A stretch of 64,000 nt of DNA from Eledone cirrhosa. Its lineage: Eukaryota. The translations under genes and the position numbers were made by a program. Where the stretch lies: the NCBI GenBank assembly GCA_964016885.1, contig OZ024740.1:79236001-79300000 (forward strand), given 5' to 3'. Positions 1-12,303 of this stretch are shown piece after piece. Numbering within the stretch: position 1 is the first letter of the stretch; the number at the start of each line of letters is the position of its first letter. The notes under the pieces are model-generated. The model was not told where the DNA came from. It searched no databases and saw nothing but the letters and a program-made list of their open reading frames with translations.

Positions 1-199
1 TGACAGCTGTTAAGCTTGCTGGTGATATTGACGATCGACCGGTTAGCGACACATTTTGTCTTCATTCATCTCAGATTTCTGTGTGTGAGATGCTGGAACC
101 AGTGGTGCGTCCTAGCTTTAATAACACATAATGACAAGGTATCGTGTCTACCTCTACCGTCATCACCACCACATCAAATATTTACCACAGGTAAATAAT

Positions 200-402
200 G
201 ATTTCTAGTATAGGCACAAGGCAAGTAATTTGTGGGGAGGGGAAAGTCGATTAAATCGACTGGTGCTTTATTTTATCGACCCCGTAAAGATGAAAGGCAG
301 AGTTAACCTCGGCGGGATTTGAACTCAGACCGTAAAGGACTGTAACTCTATGCTGCAAAGCATGGTGTCCGACTTTCTACCGATACTGCCAATCCACCGC
401 CC
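200..402 (-). mobile_element. tRNA-headed SINE with a Nin/Deu-like central domain, full length
   Basis: Minus strand has an A-box-like TGGCAGTATCGG, a B-box GAGTTCAAATCC, the core GCCTTTCATC..CGGGGTCGATAAAATAAAG and an (ATT) tail. A 17-bp TSD TACCACAGGTAAATAAT lies at 183-199 and 403-419. Confidence 0.9.
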
Positions 403-450
403 TACCACAGGTAAATAATATTAACAATCTACGTTATTCATTATTTAAAT

Positions 451-1660
451 ATTACATTGTATAATGTCAACATATAGGCGGTGAATTGGCAGAGTCGTGA
501 GAACTATTACATTGTATAATGTCAACATATAGGCGGTGAATTGGCAGAGTCGTGAGAACTATTACATTGTATAATGTCAACATATAGGCGGTGAATTGGC
601 AGAGTCGTGAGAACTATTACATTGTATAATGTCAACATATAGGCGGTGAATTGGCAGAGTCGTGAGAACTATTACATTGTATAATGTCAACATATAGGCG
701 GTGAATTGGCAGAGTCGTGAGAACTATTACATTGTATAATGTCAACATATAGGCGGTGAATTGGCAGAGTCGTGAGAACTATTACATTGTATAATGTCAA
801 CATATAGGCGGTGAATTGGCAGAGTCGTGAGAACTATTACATTGTATAATGTCAACATATAGGCGGTGAATTGGCAGAGTCGTGAGAACTATTACATTGT
901 ATAATGTCAACATATAGGCGGTGAATTGGCAGAGTCGTGAGAACTATTACATTGTATAATGTCAACATATAGGCGGTGAATTGGCAGAGTCGTTAGAACT
1001 ATTACATTGTATAATGTCAACATATAGGCGGTGAATTGGCAGAGTCGTTAGAACTATTACATTGTATAATGTCAACATATAGGCGGTGAATTGGCAGAGT
1101 CGTTAGAACTATTACATTGTATAATGTCAACATATAGGCGGTGAATTGGCAGAGTCGTTAGAACTATTACATTGTATAATGTCAACATATAGGCGGTGAA
1201 TTGGCAGAGTCGTTAGAACTATTACATTGTATAATGTCAACATATAGGCGGTGAATTGGCAGAGTCGTGAGAACTATTACATTGTATAATGTCAACATAT
1301 AGGCGGTGAATTGGCAGAGTCGTTAGAACTATTACATTGTATAATGTCAACATATAGGCGGTGAATTGGCAGAGTCGTGAGAACTATTACATTGTATAAT
1401 GTCAACATATAGGCGGTGAATTGGCAGAGTCGTTAGAACTATTACATTGTATAATGTCAACATATAGGCGGTGAATTGGCAGAGTCGTTAGAACTATTAC
1501 ATTGTATAATGTCAACATATAGGCGGTGAATTGGCAGAGTCGTTAGAACTATTACATTGTATAATGTCAACATATAGGCGGTGAATTGGCAGAGTCGTGA
1601 GAACTATTACATTGTATAATGTCAACATATAGGCGGTGAATTGGCAGAGTCGTTAGAACG
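451..1660 (+). repeat. 55-bp tandem repeat, 22 copies, made of flank plus SINE 5' head
   Basis: Unit ATTACATTGTATAATGTCAACATATAGGCGGTGAATTGGCAGAGTCGT(G/T)AGAACT; the last unit runs straight into a SINE body. Confidence 0.97.
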
Positions 1661-1920
1661 TGATAGAATGCTTTGTAGTATTAGTTTCTGTTCAAAGTCC
1701 GCTTTGCCTTTTATCCATTCAAGGTCGATAAAAAAAGTACCAGTCTAGTACTGCGGTAGACTCTTTCTGTATATCCTTTTCTCTCCTCTGGAAGAAATCT
1801 GCTGTATTCAGACCTGGAGAGGAGATGGGTTTCACCAGGTTTTTAAAATGCCCTAAAAATGCTATATGTCAATACGGCACACTTATGACTCCCTCAGGAG
1901 TTACAGGTCCATACATACAA
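1632..1920 (+). mobile_element. SINE with alternative long 3' tail
   Basis: Same head and core as the other SINEs; the ~170-nt tail is shared with 6650-6995 and ends in CATACATACA. Confidence 0.75.
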
Positions 1921-2227
1921 TGTTAATATATATTAAAGAGTTTTATGTAATTATAAGATGTATACAAAATGCTCTGTGTTTTTCATTGTGTTCGACACAG
2001 TGTGTATGTGTCAAATACTGTTTACATATAAACCCTACAATCGGCTAAAATGGACACCCTTCACTCTTAGTATTACTTTCAGGCTATGCCTGTTCACTTT
2101 TGAATGAATATTTTTGACTGAAGCAATCTTACAAATATTCGCTGTCTGATGTAGTAAGTCAGGTCTCATTATAATGTATTGGACGTAAAAGACCAGCTGG
2201 AAGGAAATAGCATGAGTGTATGAGGAG

Positions 2228-2228
<1 letters not shown>

Positions 2229-2292
<64 letters not shown>

Positions 2293-2296
2293 TGAG

Positions 2297-2351
<55 letters not shown>

Positions 2352-2366
2352 GTGTATATATACATG

Positions 2367-2431
<65 letters not shown>

Positions 2432-2735
2432 TGTATGAATGTATATATGTGTATGTGTATATGTAAGTATATATATATATATATATGTATGTATATATGT
2501 GTGTGTATATATACATGTATATTATATATATATATATATATATACATATGTATGTATGTATGTATGTATGAATGTATATATGTGTATGTGTATATGTAAG
2601 TATATATATATATATATATGTATGTATATATGTGTGTGTGTATATATACATGTATATATATATATATATGTGTATATATATATATATGTGTGTGTATGTA
2701 TATGTGTGTGCCTGTGTGTGTGTGTTTGTTTGTGA
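2229..2735. repeat. Compound microsatellite (GA)n/(TA)n/(TATG)n with an internal ~135-bp duplication
   Basis: Seen directly; it generates the spurious YI/ER ORFs. Confidence 0.95.
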
Positions 2736-3067
2736 GAGAGGGCAAAAGGCCTGCTTATTATGCAGTCAGCATTGGATGTTGAATTTACCATGGAGCTAGT
2801 AACTGAATTGATTACCAAGGGAAATATATATGAATAAATGGAACATATATTTCACTGAGTATGATCTGACTTCTCTAGAGCATTCATATTTTAAGCAGAA
2901 CTGTTTCTATAGTCTCTGTTGTTAAAAAAATTGTTTTCTCGCTGTCTACTTTAGTAAATTGTGAGCCAATAACACTAAATAATCTAGCGAAAAGCTAAAG
3001 AGGAAAACTATATATGGTCGTCTGACCTGATAGAAATAGTAGTCAGAGTCCCTCACATCTTAAAAAA

Positions 3068-3225
3068 AATGAACTCGCTAGACAGCATAGTCGTAATTAG
3101 CAATGCTCCTATTTGATGTTATGATCGATGTTAACTTTGCCTTTCATCCTTACGGGGTCGATAAAATAAAGTACCAGTAATACACTCGGATAATTGCTGG
3201 CCTTGTGCCTAAAGTAGAAACAGTT
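3068..3225 (+). mobile_element. 5'-truncated SINE
   Basis: GTTAACTTTGCCTTTCATCCTTACGGGGTCGATAAAATAAAGTACCAG ... GGCCTTGTGCCTAAAGTAGAAAC. Confidence 0.85.
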
Positions 3226-3754
3226 ATGATATACTGTAGTATACCCATAGATTTAAACCTACATTTAATTAATTAAATACACTGGCCAGTTGTAGACAAC
3301 TGTCGTTTATTTATACAGCTTCACCTTGGACAAAAGAGCGGTATCAATAAAACTAGTTTCAATTTTCATTGAGATGTTTTTCAGCCACTAACTATCAGTT
3401 TCTAACTGTCCATAGTAGCATTGTTTTATAGCCAAGACTTGTTTATAACATTAGGAGGTACATATCCATCTTAAGCTGTGATGAGGAATCATTTAATCGT
3501 GCTGCTCATTATTACAATGATACATTAAAAGATAGTTGCTCCAGGGATAGAAAACATAATATACAGAACAGAATTCTTATTCAAAGGCACAAAAAATAAA
3601 ACACGAAACAAAATATTACATGGCGTAATCCTCCATGTAGTTTAAATGTTAATTTTAATGCTGGTAATATTTTCCTAAAAATTATAAATAAACATCTTCC
3701 CATATACTATACTATTGATATCATATAATCTTTAATAAAAAATAATAGCGTCAT

Positions 3755-4020
3755 GGGGTTGCTGTTACAACCTGTGTCATTGGCCATTGTACGCGGAAAT
3801 ACCTTTGCCATTTTGTCCGCAGGGCGCAGCCAAAACACCGCACTGACCTAGGTGGAGAGTCTGTCACCCTCTCTTCTTCCCCCTTTCTTTCTTCCTTTTG
3901 TCTAATAGTCCTTGCTCTTCCCCTCCTTTTCCTCTTATTTATGGCATTTATAGTTCTTTCCAAAACTGCTCTCTTTTTCTGTATGTTTATATAACTCTAC
4001 TACGAAATAAAATACTAAGT
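3755..4020 (+). mobile_element. CRE-clade non-LTR retrotransposon 3' fragment
   Basis: Encodes LLLQPVSLAIVRGNT, matching the WLLQRVSLAIVRGN end of the copies at 39-40 kb; followed by a pyrimidine-rich 3' UTR. Confidence 0.65.
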
Positions 4021-4734
4021 TGAATAACTGTTGCACCAAAAACTTCGTTGCTTCCATAGCCAACAAACATCAAACGTTCTCTTCCTATGAAATCTCTATG
4101 TAGTTGTTATACGTCTAATATCTTCCCTATCAACAGTATGTATTTTTCTAAAGCATTAGTTTATCGAATTCGGGTTTCTCTAGCAAATAACAGTGAAGCA
4201 CAAGCTGTATAAAGCCAACTCAATATAGGCTTAAAAGAGATGCTCAGAACGTATGTGTGCATTCACACACTCAGAATGACGCTTCACCACCTCACTAACT
4301 ATATATGATGTCTAAACGATAATAATATTAACGACTATTAAATTCATCCCTTCTTTATAGAACGCCCCCCCCCCCCTCCCCTCACATTAATGACACCCGA
4401 AGGTGTGGTCTTTGTCTTTCGGAGAATTGTCCTCTTTATTGCATCTGTTAATTCCGAGGATATTAAAGCTGTAAAAATCGTTAAATGCAAAATTATGATT
4501 GCGAAGGTTATAGATATAAGTAATTATATCACTAAACGATTTATTGACAAGGACATATTTGAGAAACGTTAAAAGAAACCGATAATGTACGGGTATTGAA
4601 CAAAAATTATGGAAAACAGGGAAGGTTTGAAGGAAAACGTTAGAAATTAATATAAATATATTAAATAAAAAATGAATAAAACTGTAAGGAGAAAGTGAAA
4701 AAGAAATAATGAGAAATTTGTTGAATATGATTAA

Positions 4735-4963
4735 AGAATCGCTGGACAGATTTTACGGGCGAAACCAACAGGTAGGATACCTATGGGTAAACCCCGAGCA
4801 AGATGGTTGAATAACATCCAGGAGCTTGGCTGGTCTCACTTAGGGATCTAACTGGATCAGTTGGCGATAGTTGCTTCTGACAGGACCCGCTGGAGGAAGT
4901 GTTTGAGGACTCTTATCCCACAACCCTCTCAGGAATAAGTGGGCGAAAAAGAAGAAGAAGAAA
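4735..4963 (+). mobile_element. RTE-clade LINE 3' fragment with (GAA)n tail
   Basis: Homologous to 49380-49600 (KPTG.RP.G.P.ARW..NI motif); ends in GAAGAAGAAGAA. Confidence 0.75.
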
Positions 4964-5194
4964 CATTCAAAATGATGAGATTATATATTTAAACAATTTA
5001 CTAAAATAATTTAGCTTCCTCATTATTAAGTTGTTTTGGGAACATAAATGTTCTTACATAAAATGATAACGGAAGTTTTTTAGATAAATATTAACAATTT
5101 AAAGCAAAATGTTCAGTATTATAGAATCAAGAGTCGTTTCAGACGGTTTGGTATGAAAAGAATTAAACACTTTGTTGTCTCCTGATTTTATAAT

Positions 5195-5650
5195 ATTGAT
5201 TTCTAATTTAGGTACAAGGGCAGCAACATTTCTGTGGAAGAGAAAATATGATTAAATCAATCCAAGTACTTGACCAGAACATTATTTTATCGACCTCGGA
5301 AAGATGAAGAACAAAGTTGACTTAAGTGTGATTTAAACTCAGAATAAATACCACAATGGCATTTTGTCCGATGCCCTACCAATTCTACCACTCTACCACC
5401 CCTTTCTGATTAAATAATATTGGTTTCTGATTTAGGCACACGGCTAACAATTTGGGTGAGGTGAAGTCGCTTAAATCGACCCCATTACGTTACTGGTACT
5501 TTATTTTATCCACCCCGTAAAGAAGAAGAAGAAGAAGAAGAAGAAGAAGAAGAAGAAGAAGAAGAAGAAGAAGGGCAAAGCTAATCTCGGCAAGATTTGA
5601 ACTCAGAACGTAAAGGGACGTAACGCTATGCTGTCAATTCACCACCCTTC
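5195..5650 (-). mobile_element. Two adjacent SINEs, the second with an internal (GAA)n expansion
   Basis: Two head/core/tail units; CTGATTAAATAATATTG is repeated on both sides of the second copy (TSD). Confidence 0.85.
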
Positions 5651-6649
5651 CTGATTAAATAATATTGAGAACAAAAATTATTGTACATGTAGAATTAGGA
5701 AAGGGAGACAATTCCTTATCCACCTTTTCTCCTTCTTGGTGTTCTATCCTCCTGTAATAAATACTTAAAATGTCCTCTCATCATTAGATATTGTTTACTC
5801 TCGGCAAGGTTTAATACCAAGGATCACTATTTGGGTCTATTTTATGTCGTCCTAAATTTTTGTCAGACGTTTTGAAGTTATCACTGTAATATTATATCTC
5901 CTCAATAGGAGATACTCTTCTTTCTATTTCGACTTTTTTTAATTTCTGGTAAACCTATGGCAATTTTTATACGTATGGGTATTTTCGTTTTAATTCCGTA
6001 TGTTGTATCTTGCTATGGATGTAAACAACCATTTCTACATTCCTATCAATTGATATTCTCTGCAATCGGTGAAACGTACGTTAAGTTAATAAAATTACTT
6101 CATATAATGAAACAGGAGCCTTCAAAGGGGTCAATATATGCTCTGACAAAACAGTCGTATATCTGGTGATATTTTATGGAAGATATTATATGGAAACAGG
6201 AATAGAGGGTAAGATAAGGTATTGTGACTGATCACTAATCAAAATTGTATTTTTTTAGTCTATGGTTCTACTACGGTGCCAGTGTGATAATGTAGTTTTG
6301 TCTCCATATAGTTTGGCTAGTGTCTGTGTGTTTGTGTGTTTGTACGTTTGTTCTAGTTGGTGGGTTTAAGTAGTTTTCATTGTTTTTTATTACTGTTGGT
6401 ACAGAAGAAAGTAAATTATATGTTTATGTTATTGGCTGTGGATACTGTGTTGGCATTGCGTAATGGGATAGTTCTCTGTGTTTGGTAGATTATCTATGTC
6501 ATAAACGGGATCTTCTCTGTGGTTTATTGCATTTGTATTGTGGACGTATGGTGAGTGAATTTGGTTGTGTGTTACTTCGTTTGCTAGTGTACTAGGGTAT
6601 AAATATTAGTCTCTAGTTATATGGTATCATTATATATGTGTTGGTCTAG

Positions 6650-6995
6650 GATGGCGAATTGGCAGAGTCGTTGAAACCTCGGATAGAATTCTTTGTGGGA
6701 TTCGTTTCGGTTCTCTGCTCTCTGAGTTCAAATCCCACCGAGGTTAACTTTGCCTTTCATCCATTTAAGGTTGATAAATAAATACCAGTCTAGTACTGGG
6801 CTCGAATCTTCTTCTATGTCTCTTTCTTACTTCCATTCTCTCACTCTCTCTATCCTTCTTTGGAAGAAATCTACTATATCCAAGCCTGGAGAGATGATGG
6901 GCTCCACCATGTTTTAAAATGCCCTAGAAACCCCGTCTGTCAATAACTCGCTCCTATAACTCCCTCGGGTGTTACGGGACTGTACATGCATGTAT
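6650..6995 (+). mobile_element. SINE with alternative long 3' tail
   Basis: A-box-like TGGCAGAGTCGTT, B box GAGTTCAAATCC, core, and a tail shared with 1750-1920. Confidence 0.85.
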
Positions 6996-7646
6996 GCGTT
7001 GGTCTACAGAAATGGTTTTGGCCCTTTGGTTGGTGTATTAGTGTATTCTTACGTGAGGGTTTATACGTTCTTTCTTGTGTGTCGGAGTTATTGTAGTGGG
7101 GCGGTTTTCACTTAGGTGCTGTCCGTGATGTTGAGTATGTATTCAGTGCACCTTGTGTTATTGTATCTGTTACAACCGGTTTGAGACATATGTGTTGTGT
7201 GTATACATAGAGTCGTGTACACGATTGTGGTAGAGGTATGTTTTGTATATCCTGTGTCTACGCGCTGTAACGTGTACGGTACTTTTTAAAGTGTGGAAAT
7301 TCGCTAGCATAATATTTCTTGACTCTTCGGAATAAAGGTTGCACGGATGATCTCTCTAAGTATATGATTTAGCCACTGCAGATTGAAAGATATATTTTTT
7401 CTCGAAAGTGTCCGGAGTATTTCCGGGCTGAGTTACGAAAGGTGTGTCAATGATGGTAGAATCTACTTATTAATTATTGGCTATAGTAAATTTCTAATTT
7501 TGCAATCGAAACAGATTAAGCATGACCATCGGGCATTCTATCCAATAATATCACTCTAGTTTATTTAAGCAGGAGCAACATCTCATGTATGTATGTATGT
7601 ATGTATGTATGTATGTATGTATGTATGTATGTATGTATGTATGTAT

Positions 7647-8270
7647 GTCAGGTCACCAGTTGGTGCTACTGGTAACATGTATCTCAGTACAACCTGTCTC
7701 ATGGTCGGGTCGTTGGCGACTAAACTGGCAACCCCACCAAGGTTTTTTGGTGAGGAGGGTGACTTTGGACATCCTGCAGGACTAAAAACAAAACCTGTCA
7801 AAGAGCAAAGGAGCTCTTAAGAGTCAATGGCCATCCCAAATCACCGGGAGAGATGACCCCTTAGCCTTTGTCAAGGCAGAATTCTAGGAGAAGGAAAACT
7901 CTGATATAACACCTGCAACCCTGATGGTATCCAATGATGTTCACTTGTTCTTCTTTTTGGTAAATATCATCTTGGTTAAGAGAGTGGGACTGGCTTTGTG
8001 CAGTGCCTTTGCTCACTATAAAAGCTTCACGGCACAGGCATTGCTTTATATCTGGAGATCTCACTGCACTTGTCGTCTCATGGTACCATGGGCCCAGCAC
8101 TATGTGTCAATAATTGTCACAAGTGTAGTGTTTGTACCAGAGTTTTCAAGTCGCTGGCTGGACTAAAAAGTCACACTCGTTCAGCGCATCGGTAGGAGTT
8201 CTCCTACATGGATATAAAGTGGTGGCCGTACTCGAAAACGAGTTGGCAGCCACCATGTATGTATGTATGT
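7647..8270 (+). mobile_element. Non-autonomous RTE-derived element (5' UTR joined to 3' end) within (TATG)n
   Basis: RTE-like 5' region (GGAGAAGGAAAACTCTG); C-terminal C2H2 finger KCSVCTRVFKSLAGLKSHTRSAH at 8121-8189; (TATG)n on both sides. Confidence 0.6.
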
Positions 8271-8271
8271 C

Positions 8272-8728
8272 TTAATGAAGACTAGGAGTCTCTCGCTCCA
8301 CAAAAAAAAATGCATTCGATGTTCAGAGAGTGGGATTGGCCCGGTACAAAACCTTTCCTCACTTAAAAAAGCTTCAAGCACAGGCGTCGCTTGATATATG
8401 ACATTTTTTGCGATACATGGCATTGCTGGGTAGAGACAAGTTGTCCCTAGCAGGACTAAAAAACCACGTCCGTGATGCTCAAGTGATAGCGTTACTCGAA
8501 ATCGAATTGCAGCTATCATCATGTATGTATGTATGTGTATGTCGGGTCACTCTTGAGTGCTACTGGTAACATGTAACCTAGTACAACCTGTTGTATTGTC
8601 GGTTCGTCGGAGACGAAACCGGCTACCCCACCAAGTTTACTTGGTGAGGAGGGTGATTTTGGACACCCTGCAGGACAAAAAATAAAACCTGACAAAGGCG
8701 GAAGAACTTATAAGAGTCAACGGCCCTC
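8272..8728 (+). mobile_element. Two further pieces of the same RTE-derived family (3' piece 8272-8540, 5' piece 8540-8728)
   Basis: Visible similarity to 8030-8270 and to 7647-7830; separated by TATG repeats. Confidence 0.6.
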
Positions 8729-8777
8729 CAATAATGTGTAAATATGTATATACATGTATGCATGTGTATGTATGTAC

Positions 8778-8812
<35 letters not shown>

Positions 8813-9179
8813 TGTATGCATGTATATATATATATATATATTCATATATATATGTACATACATACACTGAGCACCCCCCCCCACTTGTTTGAAGAGCTTT
8901 GTAACACGAACTGGCGCGAAATTTATTATAATTATTGACCAACCAATCAAATTACTTCTCTAAAAACCTGGCGTTTCGAGCCACTTTTTTTCATATAAAA
9001 CAAGTAACATTCAAAGACCAACCAAATGTGAGAAAAACCCTCCATCTCAACTCTACTTTTGAAAAGCAGAAGAACTGCGAAACCGGTAAAGGAACCAAAT
9101 AAATATATATATTTTTTTAAAAATAAGACTCCAGTTGCATTTTCGATTTCATCTTTTTTTCTTTATATATATATATATA

Positions 9180-9639
9180 TATGAATAAAACTAGACCAAG
9201 AAACAAGAATGTCCATCATCAGTAGTCTACTGATTATCGTTGGTATTTCTTCGCATTAAAGACTAGATACCTAAGATCAGTGCGAGCGATAACTAAATTA
9301 CTACTCCTCCTCTCTCACTTCCTCCCGTCTGACCTGCTTGAATTTCTTTCCTCTCTCAATCTTCTCGTGGCTCGGACGCGTCTGTTTCTTCTCGTCATTT
9401 GATTTGTCGGACTTAAGCCCACAATATTCATTGACTTGTCTCTCTTTTCCTCTCTTTACGTTGCATTACTACCATGTTGTTTGTTTCCTTTCCTCTGTTT
9501 TCCTCTGTCCCGATAACTTAATTTAGTTATCGCTCCCACAGATTTTAGGTATCTAGTCTTTAATGCAAAGAAATACCAATAATAATCAGCAGACTACTGA
9601 TGAAGGACATTCTTGTTTCTTGGTCTATTTTTATTCATA
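9180..9639. mobile_element. MITE-like element with ~120-bp terminal inverted repeats, in (TA)n
   Basis: 9180-9300 is the imperfect reverse complement of 9519-9639; a related arm occurs at ~61530-61580. Confidence 0.85.
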
Positions 9640-9968
9640 TATATATATATATATAGGTTGAAAAAAATGAAAACGAAATTTCATTTCTCACTCTTAGTAT
9701 GGCACTTACTTAAACGTAAGTATGTATGTATACGTACATACACATATGTATACAGACGTACAGTAGCACGCATATATATATACATATATATAAATATATA
9801 TATATATACATATATACACATATGCATACAGGTACGCATCAGTTTAGCCGACGTTTATTATAACGCCGGCCGCTTTGTTCGTTTGTTTGTCAACAAAGCG
9901 AACAGCCTGAATTTATGCCATACGGTGTTAAGGCAACCACGTCACCTTTTGTTCAACACTGACACAGG

Positions 9969-10013
9969 AACGATGTACTAGTTTCAAGCTTGTTAGCTAT
10001 CATCAGCACCGTT
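9969..10013 (-). ncRNA. Minimal type-I hammerhead ribozyme (unit 1)
   Basis: AACGGTG-CTGATGA-T AGCT aaca AGCT T-GAA-ACTAGT-A|CATCGTT: complete catalytic core, 7-bp stem I, palindromic stem III, GUA cleavage triplet. Confidence 0.85.
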
Positions 10014-10250
10014 TACCCATCTGCCAGATAGTTGAACCTTCGAAAGTATATACTTTCCTTATGAAAATTAACGGCTGAGCAGCCTAATTTGCATATTGAG
10101 TGAGTTAAATCGGTCAGGCATACCGAAAACGATAAGTTGAAAAAAATGAAAACGAAATTTCATTTCTCACTCTTAGTATGGCACTTACTTAAACGTAAGT
10201 ATGTATGTATACGTACATACACATATGTATACAGACGTACAGTAGCACGC

Positions 10251-10284
<34 letters not shown>

Positions 10285-10462
10285 TCATATATACACATAT
10301 GCATACAGGTACACATACATATATGCACGCATCAGTTTAGCCGACGTTTATTATAACGCCGGCCGCTTTGTTCGTTTGTTTGTCAACAAAGCGAACAGCC
10401 TGAATTTATGCCATACGGTGTTAAGGCAACCACGTCACCTTTTTGTTCAACACTGACACAGG

Positions 10463-10507
10463 AACGATGTACTAGTTTCAAGCTTGTTAGCTATCATCAG
10501 CACCGTT
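10463..10507 (-). ncRNA. Minimal type-I hammerhead ribozyme (unit 2)
   Basis: Identical to 9969-10013, 494 nt away. Confidence 0.85.
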
Positions 10508-10744
10508 TACCCATCTGCCAGATAGTTGAACGTTCGAAAGTATATACTTTCCTTATGAAAATTAACGGCTGAGCAGCCTAATTTGCATATTGAGTGAGTT
10601 AAATCGGTCAGGCATACCGAAAACGATAAGTTGAAAAAAATGAAAACGAAATTTCATTTCTCACTCTTAGTATGGCACTTACTTAAACGTAAGTATGTAT
10701 GTATACGTACATACACATATGTATACAGACGTACAGTAGCACGC

Positions 10745-10791
<47 letters not shown>

Positions 10792-10962
10792 TACACATAT
10801 GCATACAGGTACACATACATATATGCACGCATCAGTTTAGCCGACGTTTATTATAACGCCGGCCGCTTTGTTCGTTTGTTTGTCAACAAAGCGAACAGCC
10901 TGAATTTATGCCATACGGTGTTAAGGCAACCACGTCACCTTTTTGTTCAACACTGACACAGG

Positions 10963-11007
10963 AACGATGTACTAGTTTCAAGCTTGTTAGCTATCATCAG
11001 CACCGTT
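10963..11007 (-). ncRNA. Minimal type-I hammerhead ribozyme (unit 3)
   Basis: Identical to 9969-10013, 500 nt from unit 2. Confidence 0.85.
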
Positions 11008-11143
11008 TACCCATCTGCCAGATAGTTGAACGTTCGAAAGTATATACTTTCCTTATGAAAATTAGCGGCTGAGCAGCCTAATTTGCATATTGAGTGAGTT
11101 AAATGCGTGCATATATGTATGTGTACCTGTATGCATATGTGTA

Positions 11144-11204
<61 letters not shown>

Positions 11205-11386
11205 GCGTGCTACTGTACGTCTGTATACATATGTGTATGTACGTATACATACATACTTACGTTTAAGTAAGTGCCATACTAAGAGTGAGAAATGAAATTT
11301 CGTTTTCATTATTTTCAACTTATCGTTTTCGGTATGCCTAACCGATTTAACTCACTCAATATGCAAATTATATATATTTCTATTCT

Positions 11387-11496
<110 letters not shown>

Positions 11497-11969
11497 ATAT
11501 ATAATATATATATGTAGCGAAATCTGTCCACACCTTGAACCCTGGGTGACACAGAAAGGTCAAATTCCCTTTCGGCGTAAACAAGTTCATGCGTGGGCGA
11601 TCCCTCGAGGCGGGAAACAAAGCAACATGTATAAATAGCCTGCACCAGACCAAGCAAAGATCGGAACAGTACACGAAAGAATAGCTATGCAAGACATTCA
11701 CCTCTAACTACAGGCCCCTGAGGTTTACAGACTTCGACAAACCTTTACTCTCTCTCTCCTAGTCTACGAACTTCTCACCTTCTCTGGCCACAGACTACAC
11801 CAGCATCATGAAGCAACGTCATAAACATTTTCAACCGTTATAACTTAGTAACTTATTCTTTGTTCATTTATGAAGTGAAGTAAATCTTATATATCAAAAG
11901 TAAACCAGCTATTCGTGTTATTTCTTCTAATGATAACTACTAACCAGCTTTGCTTCATTAATATGTATG

Positions 11970-12043
<74 letters not shown>

Positions 12044-12303
12044 AATAGATAGATAGATAGATAGATATATTTCTTTATTTGCCATAAGGGCGCACAAGAA
12101 AAGGGGACAAAACAAAGACACATGCCGGGGATTTTACATAGAGTCGTGTAAAAATATTGAAAAAAACAAATTTAACAATCGAAATCCCCAATAGTAGTGA
12201 GGCGCCACAAATGGGTTGTTTAATACCCCATAGATAGAACATCCTCAACTTCAGGAGCGTGTTGTGCAAGTCCTCCTTTCTTCCTTTTGCTCTCTTCTTC
12301 AAC

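Larger units (their letters stand above)
9656..11368 (-). repeat. 3-copy ~495-bp tandem array with one hammerhead motif per unit and a terminal inverted copy (retrozyme or Penelope pLTR-like)
   Basis: Units start at ~9657, 10137 and 10631; 11102-11368 is the reverse complement of ~10580-10832. Confidence 0.9.

Noticed and set aside
60-145. Possible host exon (CTCAG ... AAG|GTATCG); also protein-like stretches at 2083-2228 and 2740-2830
   Set aside because: Stops in the plausible frames and no recognisable homology.
451-1660. CRISPR-like regular array
   Set aside because: No unique spacers; units differ at one internal base; eukaryotic context.
2035-2818. ORFs rich in YI, CV, HT or SL, here and at many other microsatellites
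   Set aside because: Translations of (TA)n, (TG)n, (CA)n and (GA)n repeats.
9056-9091. Hammerhead-like CTT-TTGAAAA-GCAG..CTGC-GAA-ACCGGT-A|AAG
   Set aside because: Two core mismatches and only a 3-bp stem I; probably a decayed relic.
9590-9639. CTGATGA in the MITE arms (also near 61557)
   Set aside because: No downstream GAAA or stem III, so at most half a ribozyme.
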